Counted from the stretch's first letter, positions 1 to 8,504 are shown. The stretch: DNA of 24,000 bases from Sulfurifustaceae bacterium (GCA_041485885.1 JBGPKL010000005.1:19343-43342); one strand, 5' to 3'. A program made the numbers and translations. Notes: generated by a model not told the origin, from the sequence alone.

Positions 1-272
1 ACGATGATGCGTGGCGGCTTTATCACTCGTCCGCCGCCGAATCGTGGCTGGCTGCGCCCCGCGATGAGCAACCCTTTATCCACATTGAAGTGCAGCACCT
101 GATCGAACTCTTTCCGATAGACCGATGCCAGCTCGCAGGCCGCCGCCTCGCAGACCGCGTCGGTTATCGTGTCCGGGTGACCGATACCCTTGTGCTCGCA
201 CATCTCCACGTAACGCCCGGAAGCTATCGGCTGCGGCGCCGGCCGTACGACGATATTGATGTTGTCCTGCAC
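1..272 (-). CDS. S-adenosylmethionine synthetase, archaeal-type (methionine adenosyltransferase). Only the N-terminal ~90 codons are present; the rest runs off the window.
   Basis: My own minus-strand translation from GTG at 272 gives VQDNINIVVRPAPQPIASGRYVEMCEHKGIGHPDTITDAVCEAAACELASVYRKEFDQVLHFNVDKGLLIAGRSQPRFGGGRVIKPPRII. This matches remembered archaeal MAT motifs (ERKGxGHPDSIxD, ILHHNTDK, PKFGGG). An in-frame TAA lies just upstream and GGAAAG sits ~7 nt before the GTG. It is absent from the ORF track because it is cut by the window edge. Confidence 0.7.
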   Translation of the reverse strand, partial: MQDNINIVVRPAPQPIASGRYVEMCEHKGIGHPDTITDAVCEAAACELASVYRKEFDQVLHFNVDKGLLIAGRSQPRFGGGRVIKPPRII

Positions 273-360
273 GTCTTCTTTCCGCTGTTAGCTACACATC
301 CAAAAGGGTCAATCCGGTTCCCTAAGCGCGACCTGGCTAATTCAAGTATCTTACTTGGCG

Positions 361-1002
361 CAATGCGCAGTGTCCCATCGGCCTTGGCGGTCACTGCAAA
401 AACAAAGCGCCGATGCGGTGGGCAACTTGCGCACCTCACCCTCCGCCATGACGCTGTCGCTCGCAGCGAGTTGGTTTTGCTTTTTGCGTGCCGCCCGCTT
501 ACCCGGTGTTATGCGTTGTGGCCCAAACCGGTGAGGCACTCAAGACCAGACTCAGAAGTGCGACAGCGTCGCACGCGACGTCGCGGAGTTTTTTGAGTCG
601 GTCCTGGAGGAACGCCAAATTACCCTTACGATCGACGGAAAGGCAACCGTTGCCGGAGATCTCGGACTGCTGCGCCGGGCGCTGACGAATCTGGTATCGA
701 ACGCGTTGCGCTACACGGCAACGGGCAACAGCATCCAAATCGCGATTGCCGACCAGGGGGGCTCGGCGAGCGTGCGCGTGCGAAACCCGGGTCCTTCAAT
801 TCCGGCGAAACATCTGCCGCAGCTTTTCGACCGCTTCTATCGCGCCGGTCCGGCGCGCAGCCACCGCGACCAAGGTCATGGGTTGGGATTGGCGATCGTC
901 AAGGCCATCGTGCAGATGCACGGCGGCAGTGTCTTCGTCCGCTCCCTCGACGGCGTTACCGAGATTGGGTTTTCATTCCCCGGTTCGCCGAACGCAAGGT
1001 AG
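361..1002 (+). pseudogene. Heavy-metal sensor histidine kinase (CusS/CzcS-like) remnant. The N-terminus is missing, the H-box is degenerate and there is an internal stop.
   Basis: Frame 1 reads RSLQKQSADAVGNLRTSPSAM (compare the H-box FSADIAHELRTP; the His position is Gly). An in-frame TGA follows at 532-534. After it come RDVAEFFESVLEERQITL, LLRRALTNLVSNALRYT (N-box), FDRFYR and GHGLGLAIVKAIVQMHGG (G-boxes), ending at the stop at 1000-1002. There is no TM, sensor or HAMP part. No ATG/GTG/TTG occurs between 535 and TTG 706. Confidence 0.7.
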
Positions 1003-1049
1003 GATAGGGGCGTCGTAATGAATCTATGTAGAGAATAGCGAGGAGAGCC

Positions 1050-1991
1050 ATGATACACACCGACGATTTATCGCCTTGGATGCATAACCACGTTTTCGAT
1101 CAAGGCAGCGACGCCGCCGAACGAAGCACGCGCGCGGTGACTTGGATCACGGCGGTCATGATGATCGTAGAAGTCATCGGCGGTTGGTGGTTTAACTCCA
1201 TGGCGCTATTGGCCGACGGCTGGCACATGAGCTCGCATGTGGTCGCGATCGGCCTGAGTGCCTTTGCCTATGCCGCCGCGCGCCGGTATGTGCAGGACAA
1301 GCGCTTCGCCTTCGGTACGTGGAAAATCGAGGTGCTCGGCGGTTTTGCCAGCGCGATCTTCCTGCTCGTCGTGGCCGCGATGATGGTGGTCGGGTCGCTC
1401 GAACGTCTGGCGATGCCTCAACCCATCCACTACGTCGAAGCGATCATCATCGGTACGATTGGCTTATTGGTCAACATCGTTTGCGCGATCATTTTGCGTG
1501 GCGCACATACCCATTCGCATGCGCACAACGACCACGCGCACGATAGTCATGCACACCACGACTTGAATTTGAAATCAGCGTATGTACATGTCACGGCGGA
1601 CGCGGCGACGTCGGTCCTGGCCATCGCGGCGCTCGCCGGCGGCTGGTGGTTCGGGTGGTCTTGGCTCGACCCGGTCATGGGACTCGTCGGCGCGGTCATC
1701 GTTGGGCTGTGGGCACGCAGTCTCCTTCGCGAAACCGGCAAGGTACTGCTCGATCGCGAAATGGATCATCCGGTCGTTGAAGAAGTTCGCGAAGCGATCG
1801 ACCGGCGCGCTGCCGACGGCATGACGCGGATCACGGATCTGCACGTATGGCGCGTCGGCAAATATGCCTGGGCCTGTGCGCTGAGCCTGGTAACACGTGA
1901 CGATCACCTCAGCGCAAAGCATGTCAGGGAGTGGCTGTCGGTACACGGGGAAATCGCCCATGTGACGATAGAAATCCAGCGACGCAACTAG
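1050..1991 (+). CDS. Cation diffusion facilitator (CDF) family metal efflux transporter, DmeF/CzcD-like, with a His-rich cytoplasmic loop.
   Basis: 313-aa ORF with GAGGAG 6 nt upstream of the ATG. It has CDF TM2/TM5 motifs (LLADGWHMSSHVVAIG and YVHVTADAATSVLAI), the loop HTHSHAHNDHAHDSHAHHD, and a C-terminal CDF domain (THLHVW-like ITDLHVWRVG). Confidence 0.9.
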   Translation: MIHTDDLSPWMHNHVFDQGSDAAERSTRAVTWITAVMMIVEVIGGWWFNSMALLADGWHMSSHVVAIGLSAFAYAAARRYVQDKRFAFGTWKIEVLGGFASAIFLLVVAAMMVVGSLERLAMPQPIHYVEAIIIGTIGLLVNIVCAIILRGAHTHSHAHNDHAHDSHAHHDLNLKSAYVHVTADAATSVLAIAALAGGWWFGWSWLDPVMGLVGAVIVGLWARSLLRETGKVLLDREMDHPVVEEVREAIDRRAADGMTRITDLHVWRVGKYAWACALSLVTRDDHLSAKHVREWLSVHGEIAHVTIEIQRRN

Positions 1992-2216
1992 CGCGCGAGT
2001 GCACACGAAAGCAATCGACTCGCAGAACCGAAGAACACGGCGCGAGCGCGGTGCGGTTCCATCCGAACGGCCGTTCGAGCCATGCGATCAAGCCGGATGG
2101 CCGGAGACCAAACCCGGACATCTGCTTTACGTCTTCCACTGTTCTTTCTGCCGGCTACACCGCTTTCCTATCTCTGATCCGTTCCATCCACCCTTCGATG
2201 GAACAGACCTTGAACC

Positions 2217-2275
2217 AACAACAGAAAAGAAATAATCGCCTACTGCATGGACATTATCTGTCCATCAAGTAGGCG
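2217..2275 (-). terminator. Rho-independent terminator closing the cus-like operon and the small gene.
   Basis: Nested hairpin cgcctact-gc-atggaca-ttatc-tgtccat-ca-agtaggcg at 2237-2275, overlapping the last codons and stop. On the minus strand it is followed by ATTATTTCTTTTCTGTTGTT. Confidence 0.6.
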
Positions 2276-2463
2276 TGTACGCGCCAGCAGTCGTTAATAT
2301 TCATCAAAGCCGGCTTGGACATCAGCTTCGCATGCATCTTGAAGCAGACCTCCTTCTTGGCGTCATTGCCGGATTGCTTGTCTTGCGCAGCGTAGGCGCC
2401 CGCCGACATAACGGCAAACAATGCCGCGGCGATCGAAGCGATGATATGGAAAGGCGTTTTCAT
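2254..2463 (-). CDS. Small secreted protein of 69 aa with a signal peptide. The mature part is rich in Cys, His, Met and Lys. Function unknown.
   Basis: An internal ATG at 2463 is preceded by AAGGGA. The sequence MKTPFHIIASIAAALFAVMSAGAYA/AQDK fits a Sec signal. The mature part is KEVCFKMHAKLMSKPALMNINDCWRVHAYLMDR. The opposite-strand ORF 2275..2517 looks spurious. Confidence 0.6.
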   Translation of the reverse strand: MKTPFHIIASIAAALFAVMSAGAYAAQDKQSGNDAKKEVCFKMHAKLMSKPALMNINDCWRVHAYLMDR

Positions 2464-2698
2464 GGTTTTCCCTTTAGTAGGTTGATTGCGGTTCAAAACA
2501 GACTTCTGACTGCCTGATAGAGCACGCTGCACCCTCCGACTCTTTGGTGAGACAGGTTTACTTCATTCTCGTGGGCGGATGAGTGTCAGACTAGTGGCTC
2601 GTTTTATTTTCCTGTTCCTTTCTCTAATAAGTTGAGGAACGTCAGGGAAGTCGGGCGCAGACAGGCGCCTGTGCAAAAGCTACGCGTCCTTTTCGACA

Positions 2699-5600
2699 TT
2701 AGTCCACCCTATGCCGTCGGTTTTGCCACAACAGGTACGCCGCCGGAATCACCGCGAGGGTGAGCACCGCCACGCTCAGCATGCCACCGACCATCGGCGC
2801 GGCAATGCGCTGCATCGCCTCGGAGCCGGCGCCGCTGCTCCAGAGGATCGGGAGCAAGCCCGCGATGATCGCGGTGTTGGTCATGATGATAGGACGGATA
2901 CGCATCAGCGCGCCTTCGGTAACCGCGTCGTGGATGTCCTTGCGTGTCAGCTTTTCGCCGCGCTGCGCGCGCGCCTCCGCGCGATGCTTCAGGGCCTGAT
3001 CGAGGTAGGCGAGCATCACCACGCCGATCTCGGCGGCCACCCCCCCGAGCGCGATGAAGCCCACGGCCACTGCGACCGACAGGTTGTAGCCGAGCAAATA
3101 CAACAGCCAGAAACCCCCGACCAGGGCGAGCGGCAGGGTGATGACGATAATGAGTACCTCCATCGCATTGCGGAAGTTGAGATACAAGAGGAACAAAATG
3201 ATCGTCACGGCGACCGGCACCACAATGGCAAGCCGTTCCATGGCACGCTGCAGGTACTCGTACTGACCGGACCAGATTAGCGAGTAGCCGGGCGGCAGCT
3301 TTACCTTCTCCGCAACCGCCTTCTGCGCCTCGGCGACATAAGACCCGATGTCGCGGTCGCGGAAGTCCACGTAGATCCAGCCGGACAGACGCGCATTCTC
3401 GGAGCGAATCATGTCGGGGCCGTCGGCGATGCGCACCTCGGCCACCTCAGCGAGCGGAATCGGCACCCCGCTCATGGTAACTATCGGCAACACCCGCAGC
3501 CGCTCGAACGAGTCGCGAATATCGGCCGGGTAGCGCAGGTTCACCGGGTAGCGCTCGCGCCCTTCAACCGTTTCGGTCACGTTCATCCCACCGATCGCCG
3601 TCTCTACCGTATCCTGGATGTCCATGATGTTCAGCCCGAAGCGTGCCGCGCGATTGCGATCGATCTTAATGTCCACGTAGCGCGCGCCGGTGAGTCGCTC
3701 GGCGTACACCGAGGTCGTGCCCGGGATCGTGCGCATGACCTCCTCGATCTCGCGACCGACGCTCTCAATGGTCGCCAACGATGAACCGGCGACCTTGATT
3801 CCCACGGGGGTACGGATGCCGGTGGTAAGCATGTCGATGCGCGTCTTGATGGGCGGCACGAAGACGTTCGACAGTCCCGGGAACTTCACCAGCTCGTTCA
3901 TCTCGGCGACAAGTTTTTCCGTGGTCATGCCCGGGCGCCACTCGGACTTGGGCTTAAGCTGCACCACGGTTTCGAACATGGACAGCGGCGCGGGATCGGT
4001 CGCGGACTCGGCGCGTCCCGCCTTGCCGAATACCGTCGCTACCTCCGGGAGAGTTTTCAGTGCCCGGTCGGTCTGCTGCAGCACTTGTTGCGCCTTGCCG
4101 GAAGAGAGTCCCGGTAGCGTCGTTGGCATGTAGAGGAGATCGCCCTCGTACATATCCGGCATGAATTCGGTGCCGACCTTCATCACCGGAATGGCGCCGA
4201 GCGCGATGAGCACGGCGGCGACTCCCATCACCTTCTTCGGGTGCACCAGTACGAGTTCGATGAGCGGGCGGTAGGCTCTGAGCAGAATGCGGTTGACGGG
4301 GTTTTCGTGCTCGGATCGGATGCGGCCGCGAATGAGGTAACCCATGAGCACGGGCACCAGCGTCACCGACAGCCCGGCCGCGGCGGCCATGGCGTAGGTC
4401 TTGGTGAAGGCGAGCGGCGAGAACAGCCGGCCTTCCTGCGCCTGCAATGCAAACACCGGGAGAAAACTGACGGTGATGATGAGCAGCGAGAAGAACAGCG
4501 GCGGGCCCACTTCCTCGGTGGCTTTGCGGATAATCTCCCAGCGGTTTTTCTCGGTGGCTTGCTCGCGCTCAAGATGCTTGTGCGCGTTCTCGATCATGAC
4601 GATGGCCGCATCCACCATGGCGCCGATGGCGATGGCGATGCCGCCGAGTGACATGATGTTGGCGGTGATGCCTTGAGACGTCATGACGATGAAGGCCACG
4701 AGGATGCCGATCGGAAGCATGAGGATGGCGACGAGCGAGGAACGCAGATGGAGCAGGAACACCACACACACAAGCGCCACGATGGCGAACTCTTCGATGA
4801 GCGTGCCGGTGAGGTTTTTCACCGCGCGCTTGATCAGCCCCGAGCGGTCGTAGGTCGGAATGATCTCGACGCCTTCGGGCAGGCTATTCTTTAAACTCGC
4901 AAGCTTGGCTTTGACGGCCTCGATCGTGGCGAGCGCGTTCTGGCCGTGGCGCATGATGATGATGCCGCCGGCGACCTCGCCCTCGCCGTTCAACTCGGTG
5001 ATGCCGCGGCGCATCTCGGGACCGAGACGGATCTCCGCCACCTGCTCGAGGCGGATCGGCATACCCGCGGAGGTGACACCGAGCGTGATCGCGCGCAGAT
5101 CCTTCAGGCTCTGAATGTAGCCGCGCGTGCGGATCATGTACTCAGCCTCGGCCATTTCGATCACCGAACCGCCCGATTCTTGGTTGGCCTTCTCGATCGC
5201 CATGCGCACGTCGGCAAGCGTGAGCCGATACGCGCGCAGCTTCACCGGGTTTACCACGACCTGATATTGCTTCACCATGCCGCCCACGGAGGCAACCTCG
5301 GATACGCCGGGTACCTTGCGCAACTCGTATTTCAGGAACCAGTCTTGCAGTGAACGCAGTTGCGCAAGATCGTGTTTGCCGCTGCGGTCCACCAGGGCGT
5401 ACTCGTACACCCAGCCGACGCCGGTCGCATCCGGTCCGAGCGCCGGGCGCGCACCGCGCGGCAGCCGCGGCAGCACCTGCGAGAGGTACTCGAGCACGCG
5501 CGAGCGCGCCCAGTAGAGGTCGGTGCCGTCCTCGAAAATGATGTAGACGAACGAGTCGCCGAACATGGAGTAGCCGCGCACCGTGACCGCACCCGGCACC

Positions 5601-5824
5601 GAGAGCATGGCGGTCGCCAGCGGATAGGTGACCTGGTCCTCGACAATCTGCGGTGCCTGGCCGGGGTAGCTGGTCTTGATGATGACCTGCACGTCCGACA
5701 GATCGGGTATCGCATCGAGTGGCGTGCGCGCGACTGCGAAGATCCCGCCGGCGACGAGCATCGCCGTGATGAGCAGCACCAGGAAGCGATTGTTGAGCGA
5801 CCAGCGGATGACGGCGGCGATCAC
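2699..5824 (-). CDS. cusA: CusA/CzcA-family heavy-metal efflux RND permease, Cu(I)/Ag(I) type.
   Basis: 1041 aa, matching CusA length. The three-Met relay context is conserved as remembered from E. coli CusA (GDLLYMPTT, PLSMFETV, TRIDMLTTGI). It has a 12-TM RND architecture. The GTG start overlaps the cusB stop (GTGA at 5821-5824). Confidence 0.93.
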   Translation of the reverse strand: MIAAVIRWSLNNRFLVLLITAMLVAGGIFAVARTPLDAIPDLSDVQVIIKTSYPGQAPQIVEDQVTYPLATAMLSVPGAVTVRGYSMFGDSFVYIIFEDGTDLYWARSRVLEYLSQVLPRLPRGARPALGPDATGVGWVYEYALVDRSGKHDLAQLRSLQDWFLKYELRKVPGVSEVASVGGMVKQYQVVVNPVKLRAYRLTLADVRMAIEKANQESGGSVIEMAEAEYMIRTRGYIQSLKDLRAITLGVTSAGMPIRLEQVAEIRLGPEMRRGITELNGEGEVAGGIIIMRHGQNALATIEAVKAKLASLKNSLPEGVEIIPTYDRSGLIKRAVKNLTGTLIEEFAIVALVCVVFLLHLRSSLVAILMLPIGILVAFIVMTSQGITANIMSLGGIAIAIGAMVDAAIVMIENAHKHLEREQATEKNRWEIIRKATEEVGPPLFFSLLIITVSFLPVFALQAQEGRLFSPLAFTKTYAMAAAAGLSVTLVPVLMGYLIRGRIRSEHENPVNRILLRAYRPLIELVLVHPKKVMGVAAVLIALGAIPVMKVGTEFMPDMYEGDLLYMPTTLPGLSSGKAQQVLQQTDRALKTLPEVATVFGKAGRAESATDPAPLSMFETVVQLKPKSEWRPGMTTEKLVAEMNELVKFPGLSNVFVPPIKTRIDMLTTGIRTPVGIKVAGSSLATIESVGREIEEVMRTIPGTTSVYAERLTGARYVDIKIDRNRAARFGLNIMDIQDTVETAIGGMNVTETVEGRERYPVNLRYPADIRDSFERLRVLPIVTMSGVPIPLAEVAEVRIADGPDMIRSENARLSGWIYVDFRDRDIGSYVAEAQKAVAEKVKLPPGYSLIWSGQYEYLQRAMERLAIVVPVAVTIILFLLYLNFRNAMEVLIIVITLPLALVGGFWLLYLLGYNLSVAVAVGFIALGGVAAEIGVVMLAYLDQALKHRAEARAQRGEKLTRKDIHDAVTEGALMRIRPIIMTNTAIIAGLLPILWSSGAGSEAMQRIAAPMVGGMLSVAVLTLAVIPAAYLLWQNRRHRVD

Positions 5825-6756
5825 GGTTTTTTCTCCTCGCCCTCGGCAGGTTGCATACGCGAGAAGCTCGCGCGCACATTTGCTTCGGAGTCGATCAGGA
5901 ACTGGCCCGAGGTCACTACGGTATCGCCTTCCTTGATGCCCTTGAGAATCTCGACCCAGTCGTCGCTCTCAACCCCGGGAACCACCTCGACCGATTGAAA
6001 GCGCCCCTCGCTTAAGCGCAGTACCACGGCGTTGCGCTGGCCGGTACGGATGAGCGCCTCGCGTGGAATGAAGAGCGACCGCCTGCCTGCGGGCGCGCCC
6101 TGGATCACGACTTCGGCCAGCATGTTGGGTTTGAGCGTGGCGTCCGGCCGGTTCAGTCGCACGCGTGCCTTGAGCGAGCGCGGGCCGATGTCGATGTCAG
6201 ACTCCACGCGGTCGACGGCGCCGGGAAAAACGCGCCCCGGCACGTCGGACACGCGGACCTCGGCCTGCTGGCCCGGGCGCACCAGGTTTACGTCGCGGTC
6301 GAAGACGTCAACCAGCACGGCCATACCCTGGTCATCGCGGAACAGATAACCCGTCGTCACCATCCGGCGCGGCGGCGCGCCGCGCGTGACCGTGTGGGTC
6401 CGTACGCCGAGGTTCTGCACGATCTCGGGGCGGACGGTGACGATGGGCGTCCCGTCCGTGGGCCCGCCAGTCGCTCCCGGCGTCCCGCCTCCCGCGACAC
6501 TAGTACTTCCCTGTGCGTCGTCGTACACGGGCACCATGTCCATGTTCATGGGCGACTTGCCGGGCTTGTCGCTCTTGAAGCCTGGGATCATCGGGTCGGT
6601 CCAATAGAGAATCTTGCGTTCCTTTTTCGCGCCCTCGGTCGCGGTCGCTGCCCCCTGGGACTTCTTTTCAGACAGGGCATACCACGCCCCGATGGCGGCG
6701 GCACCGAGTGCGGCGACTAACAGCACGGCGATCACGAGAGTGTGTTTGCGATTCAT
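5821..6756 (-). CDS. cusB: CusB-like periplasmic adaptor (membrane fusion protein), unusually short at 311 aa.
   Basis: N-terminal ILYWTDPMIPGFKSDKPGKSPMNMDMVPVY matches the CusB Cu-binding N-terminus (FWYDPMYPNTRFDKPGKSPFMDMDLVP). The C-terminus ends with SGQFLIDSEANV (CusB: SGLFLIDSEANI). An ATGA overlap with the upstream OMP gene lies at 6753-6756. Confidence 0.85.
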   Translation of the reverse strand: MNRKHTLVIAVLLVAALGAAAIGAWYALSEKKSQGAATATEGAKKERKILYWTDPMIPGFKSDKPGKSPMNMDMVPVYDDAQGSTSVAGGGTPGATGGPTDGTPIVTVRPEIVQNLGVRTHTVTRGAPPRRMVTTGYLFRDDQGMAVLVDVFDRDVNLVRPGQQAEVRVSDVPGRVFPGAVDRVESDIDIGPRSLKARVRLNRPDATLKPNMLAEVVIQGAPAGRRSLFIPREALIRTGQRNAVVLRLSEGRFQSVEVVPGVESDDWVEILKGIKEGDTVVTSGQFLIDSEANVRASFSRMQPAEGEEKKP

Positions 6757-8003
6757 GGCGCATCTCCGGTGAGATACAGAAGTTCCGCGTGCGTCTTGGC
6801 GAGATCTACGCGCAGGCGCAGGAGTTCGAGGTTGGTATCAAACTCCTTCAGACGCGCCTCGCGCAGCGTGGTCTGCTCGCGCGCAAAACCCGCGATCGTG
6901 ACCTGTGTCTCGCGGCGGATGGCGGGCAGCAGTTGTTCCTCGATAATCTTGGCGCGCGCCGCGAGCGCGTCGTACTCGGCGCGCATTGCCGCATACATGG
7001 TCTCCACCTCGCGGCGCTTGTCTTCGGTTTCGAGGCGCGCACCGGCCTCCAGCGCCTGCTTTTCGGCAAGCCGCCGATCTTGACGCTTGGAGCGAAAGAT
7101 CGGCAGGTCGAGCGTGACCATGGCCGTCACCATGTTGGGGCGCTCCGTGCCGTCTGGCATCGGCCGGCGGAAACCGTAGGAAAGATCCAGCATCACCCCC
7201 GGTTTGTAGTCCTGACGCGCCATGTCCACCTCGGCGCGCATGGTCTCGAGCTCGGCCTGCGCCGCCAACCATTCCGGATGGCGCGTGGGGTCGAAGTCGC
7301 CGGGAAGAGCGGACAAGGCCGGCAGCGCCTCGGGCAGAGGCGCTTGGGCGGCCGCGCCGATGAAGCGCTGAAGCTGCGCGCGCAGTCGCGCGGCCTGTGC
7401 CCGCAGCATCGGTTCGCGCTCATTCACCCGCGCGAGCACTTGGCGCGCCACGAACACTGTGCGCTGACTTTCCTGGGCGGCGCGGTAACGACCCTCGGCG
7501 GCTTCCAAGTCGCGCCTCGCGAGCTGCCGCGACTCCTCGAGAATTTTCAACGACTGATTCGCGAGATAAAGATCAAACCAAAAGGCACGAACCTGTCGGA
7601 GCAGGTTGCGGCGCCCGATCTCGAGGCGCGCCTGCTCGCGTGCAAGCTGCTGCTCGGCGCGGCGTGTGCGGATGTTAAGCGTGTCTCCGGGCGGAAACGC
7701 CTGGCGCACGCCGATCATCTTCATCGTCATGTCCTCCTCGCGAAAGCTGAACGAGTTCGCCGGTACGTTGATGGCCCCGAGCGTGAGCTGCGGATCGGGG
7801 AGCCGGCCTTCGTAGGTCACGCGCTCGGCGGCGGCGGCAACGCTCGTGTGTGCGCGCGCAAGCCCCGGCGCCTGTTCGAGCGCCAGGCGTTCTCCTTCGG
7901 CCAGCGACAACGGTGACTGCGCCATGGCGGTTAGCGGCGCGCCGAACGAAAGTACAGACATTAATAAAACCCCCGGACACGAAAACACGCGGCAAAAAGA
8001 CAT
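6753..8003 (-). CDS. TolC-family outer-membrane efflux protein (CusC position), with no lipobox.
   Basis: Two-repeat OEP-like sequence rich in L, A, R, Q and E. Signal peptide MSFCRVFSCPGVLLMSVLSFGAPLTAMA/Q. I prefer the ATG at 8003 because GGAGGG lies 6 nt upstream. The alternative ATG at 8015 is the one used in the ORF track. Confidence 0.85.
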   Translation of the reverse strand: MSFCRVFSCPGVLLMSVLSFGAPLTAMAQSPLSLAEGERLALEQAPGLARAHTSVAAAAERVTYEGRLPDPQLTLGAINVPANSFSFREEDMTMKMIGVRQAFPPGDTLNIRTRRAEQQLAREQARLEIGRRNLLRQVRAFWFDLYLANQSLKILEESRQLARRDLEAAEGRYRAAQESQRTVFVARQVLARVNEREPMLRAQAARLRAQLQRFIGAAAQAPLPEALPALSALPGDFDPTRHPEWLAAQAELETMRAEVDMARQDYKPGVMLDLSYGFRRPMPDGTERPNMVTAMVTLDLPIFRSKRQDRRLAEKQALEAGARLETEDKRREVETMYAAMRAEYDALAARAKIIEEQLLPAIRRETQVTIAGFAREQTTLREARLKEFDTNLELLRLRVDLAKTHAELLYLTGDAP

Positions 8004-8108
8004 GTGTCCCTCCATTCATTTCGTTAAACAGTTTCTGCATCCTCCGAGTAGACAAACACAAAGCACAGCACCAGACCGCCGGATGGCAGCCCGGACGAGG
8101 GCTACGGT

Positions 8109-8504
8109 CTACTTCCGGAAGACTACGTGGCGAACAAAAATCGGCGGGGAACCGTCGGGCGCGAGCCGCAACTGCGCGTAGGAATCCGCGCGCGACTCGC
8201 TCGCATCATCGAACGTTGCAAATGGCGTTAACGGCAACGCGACGACGGCAACCGGCGCGACGGGCGGGGCCGGTAGCTGATCCCCTTTGAGTTGCGATTG
8301 TGCATCGCTGTGGGCCTTGCATAGGTTCGACTGATCGGTGCTGCCGGCACCGGTCGTGCAATCCCGTGACATGGCCGATTCACCGATCCGCATGTCGGTC
8401 ACGTAAGGACAAGCATACGCCGCCACGGCGACCTGCATAAACAGCAGAGCCACAACAGCGACCCACGCAGTGAACCGGCGCGCGCTTCGGGAGATCCTCA
8501 TCAT
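8109..8504 (-). CDS. Hypothetical membrane-anchored or secreted protein with 4 Cys and a Pro/Ala/Val-rich middle. It is the first gene of the cus-like operon. A resemblance to DUF2946 is only a guess.
   Basis: 131-aa ORF. It has a basic N-terminus plus a hydrophobic helix (RRFTAWVAVVALLFMQVAVAAYA). Cys residues sit at ACPY, RDC and LCKAH. It is co-directional with the OMP gene, 93 nt upstream of it. Confidence 0.6.
   Translation of the reverse strand: MMRISRSARRFTAWVAVVALLFMQVAVAAYACPYVTDMRIGESAMSRDCTTGAGSTDQSNLCKAHSDAQSQLKGDQLPAPPVAPVAVVALPLTPFATFDDASESRADSYAQLRLAPDGSPPIFVRHVVFRK

Noticed and set aside
90-738. ORFs 90..596(+), 224..439(-), 351..539(-), 488..685(+) and 499..738(-).
   Set aside because: They overlap each other, are Arg/Cys-rich, and have no RBS or family resemblance. 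The region is better explained by the MAT start on the minus strand and the kinase remnant in frame 1.
2711-5998. Many plus-strand and alternative-frame ORFs inside cusA, for example 2711..3280, 4241..4651, 4946..5353, 5142..5879 and 5360..5998. They are His/Arg/Asp-rich.
   Set aside because: These are shadow ORFs typical of high-GC coding DNA. They lie wholly within a well-supported 1041-aa RND gene.
6708-7916. A 402-aa plus-strand ORF antisense to the outer-membrane protein gene.
   Set aside because: It has Arg/Leu/Gly-rich low-information composition. The minus-strand frame has a signal peptide, an SD and translational coupling to cusB.
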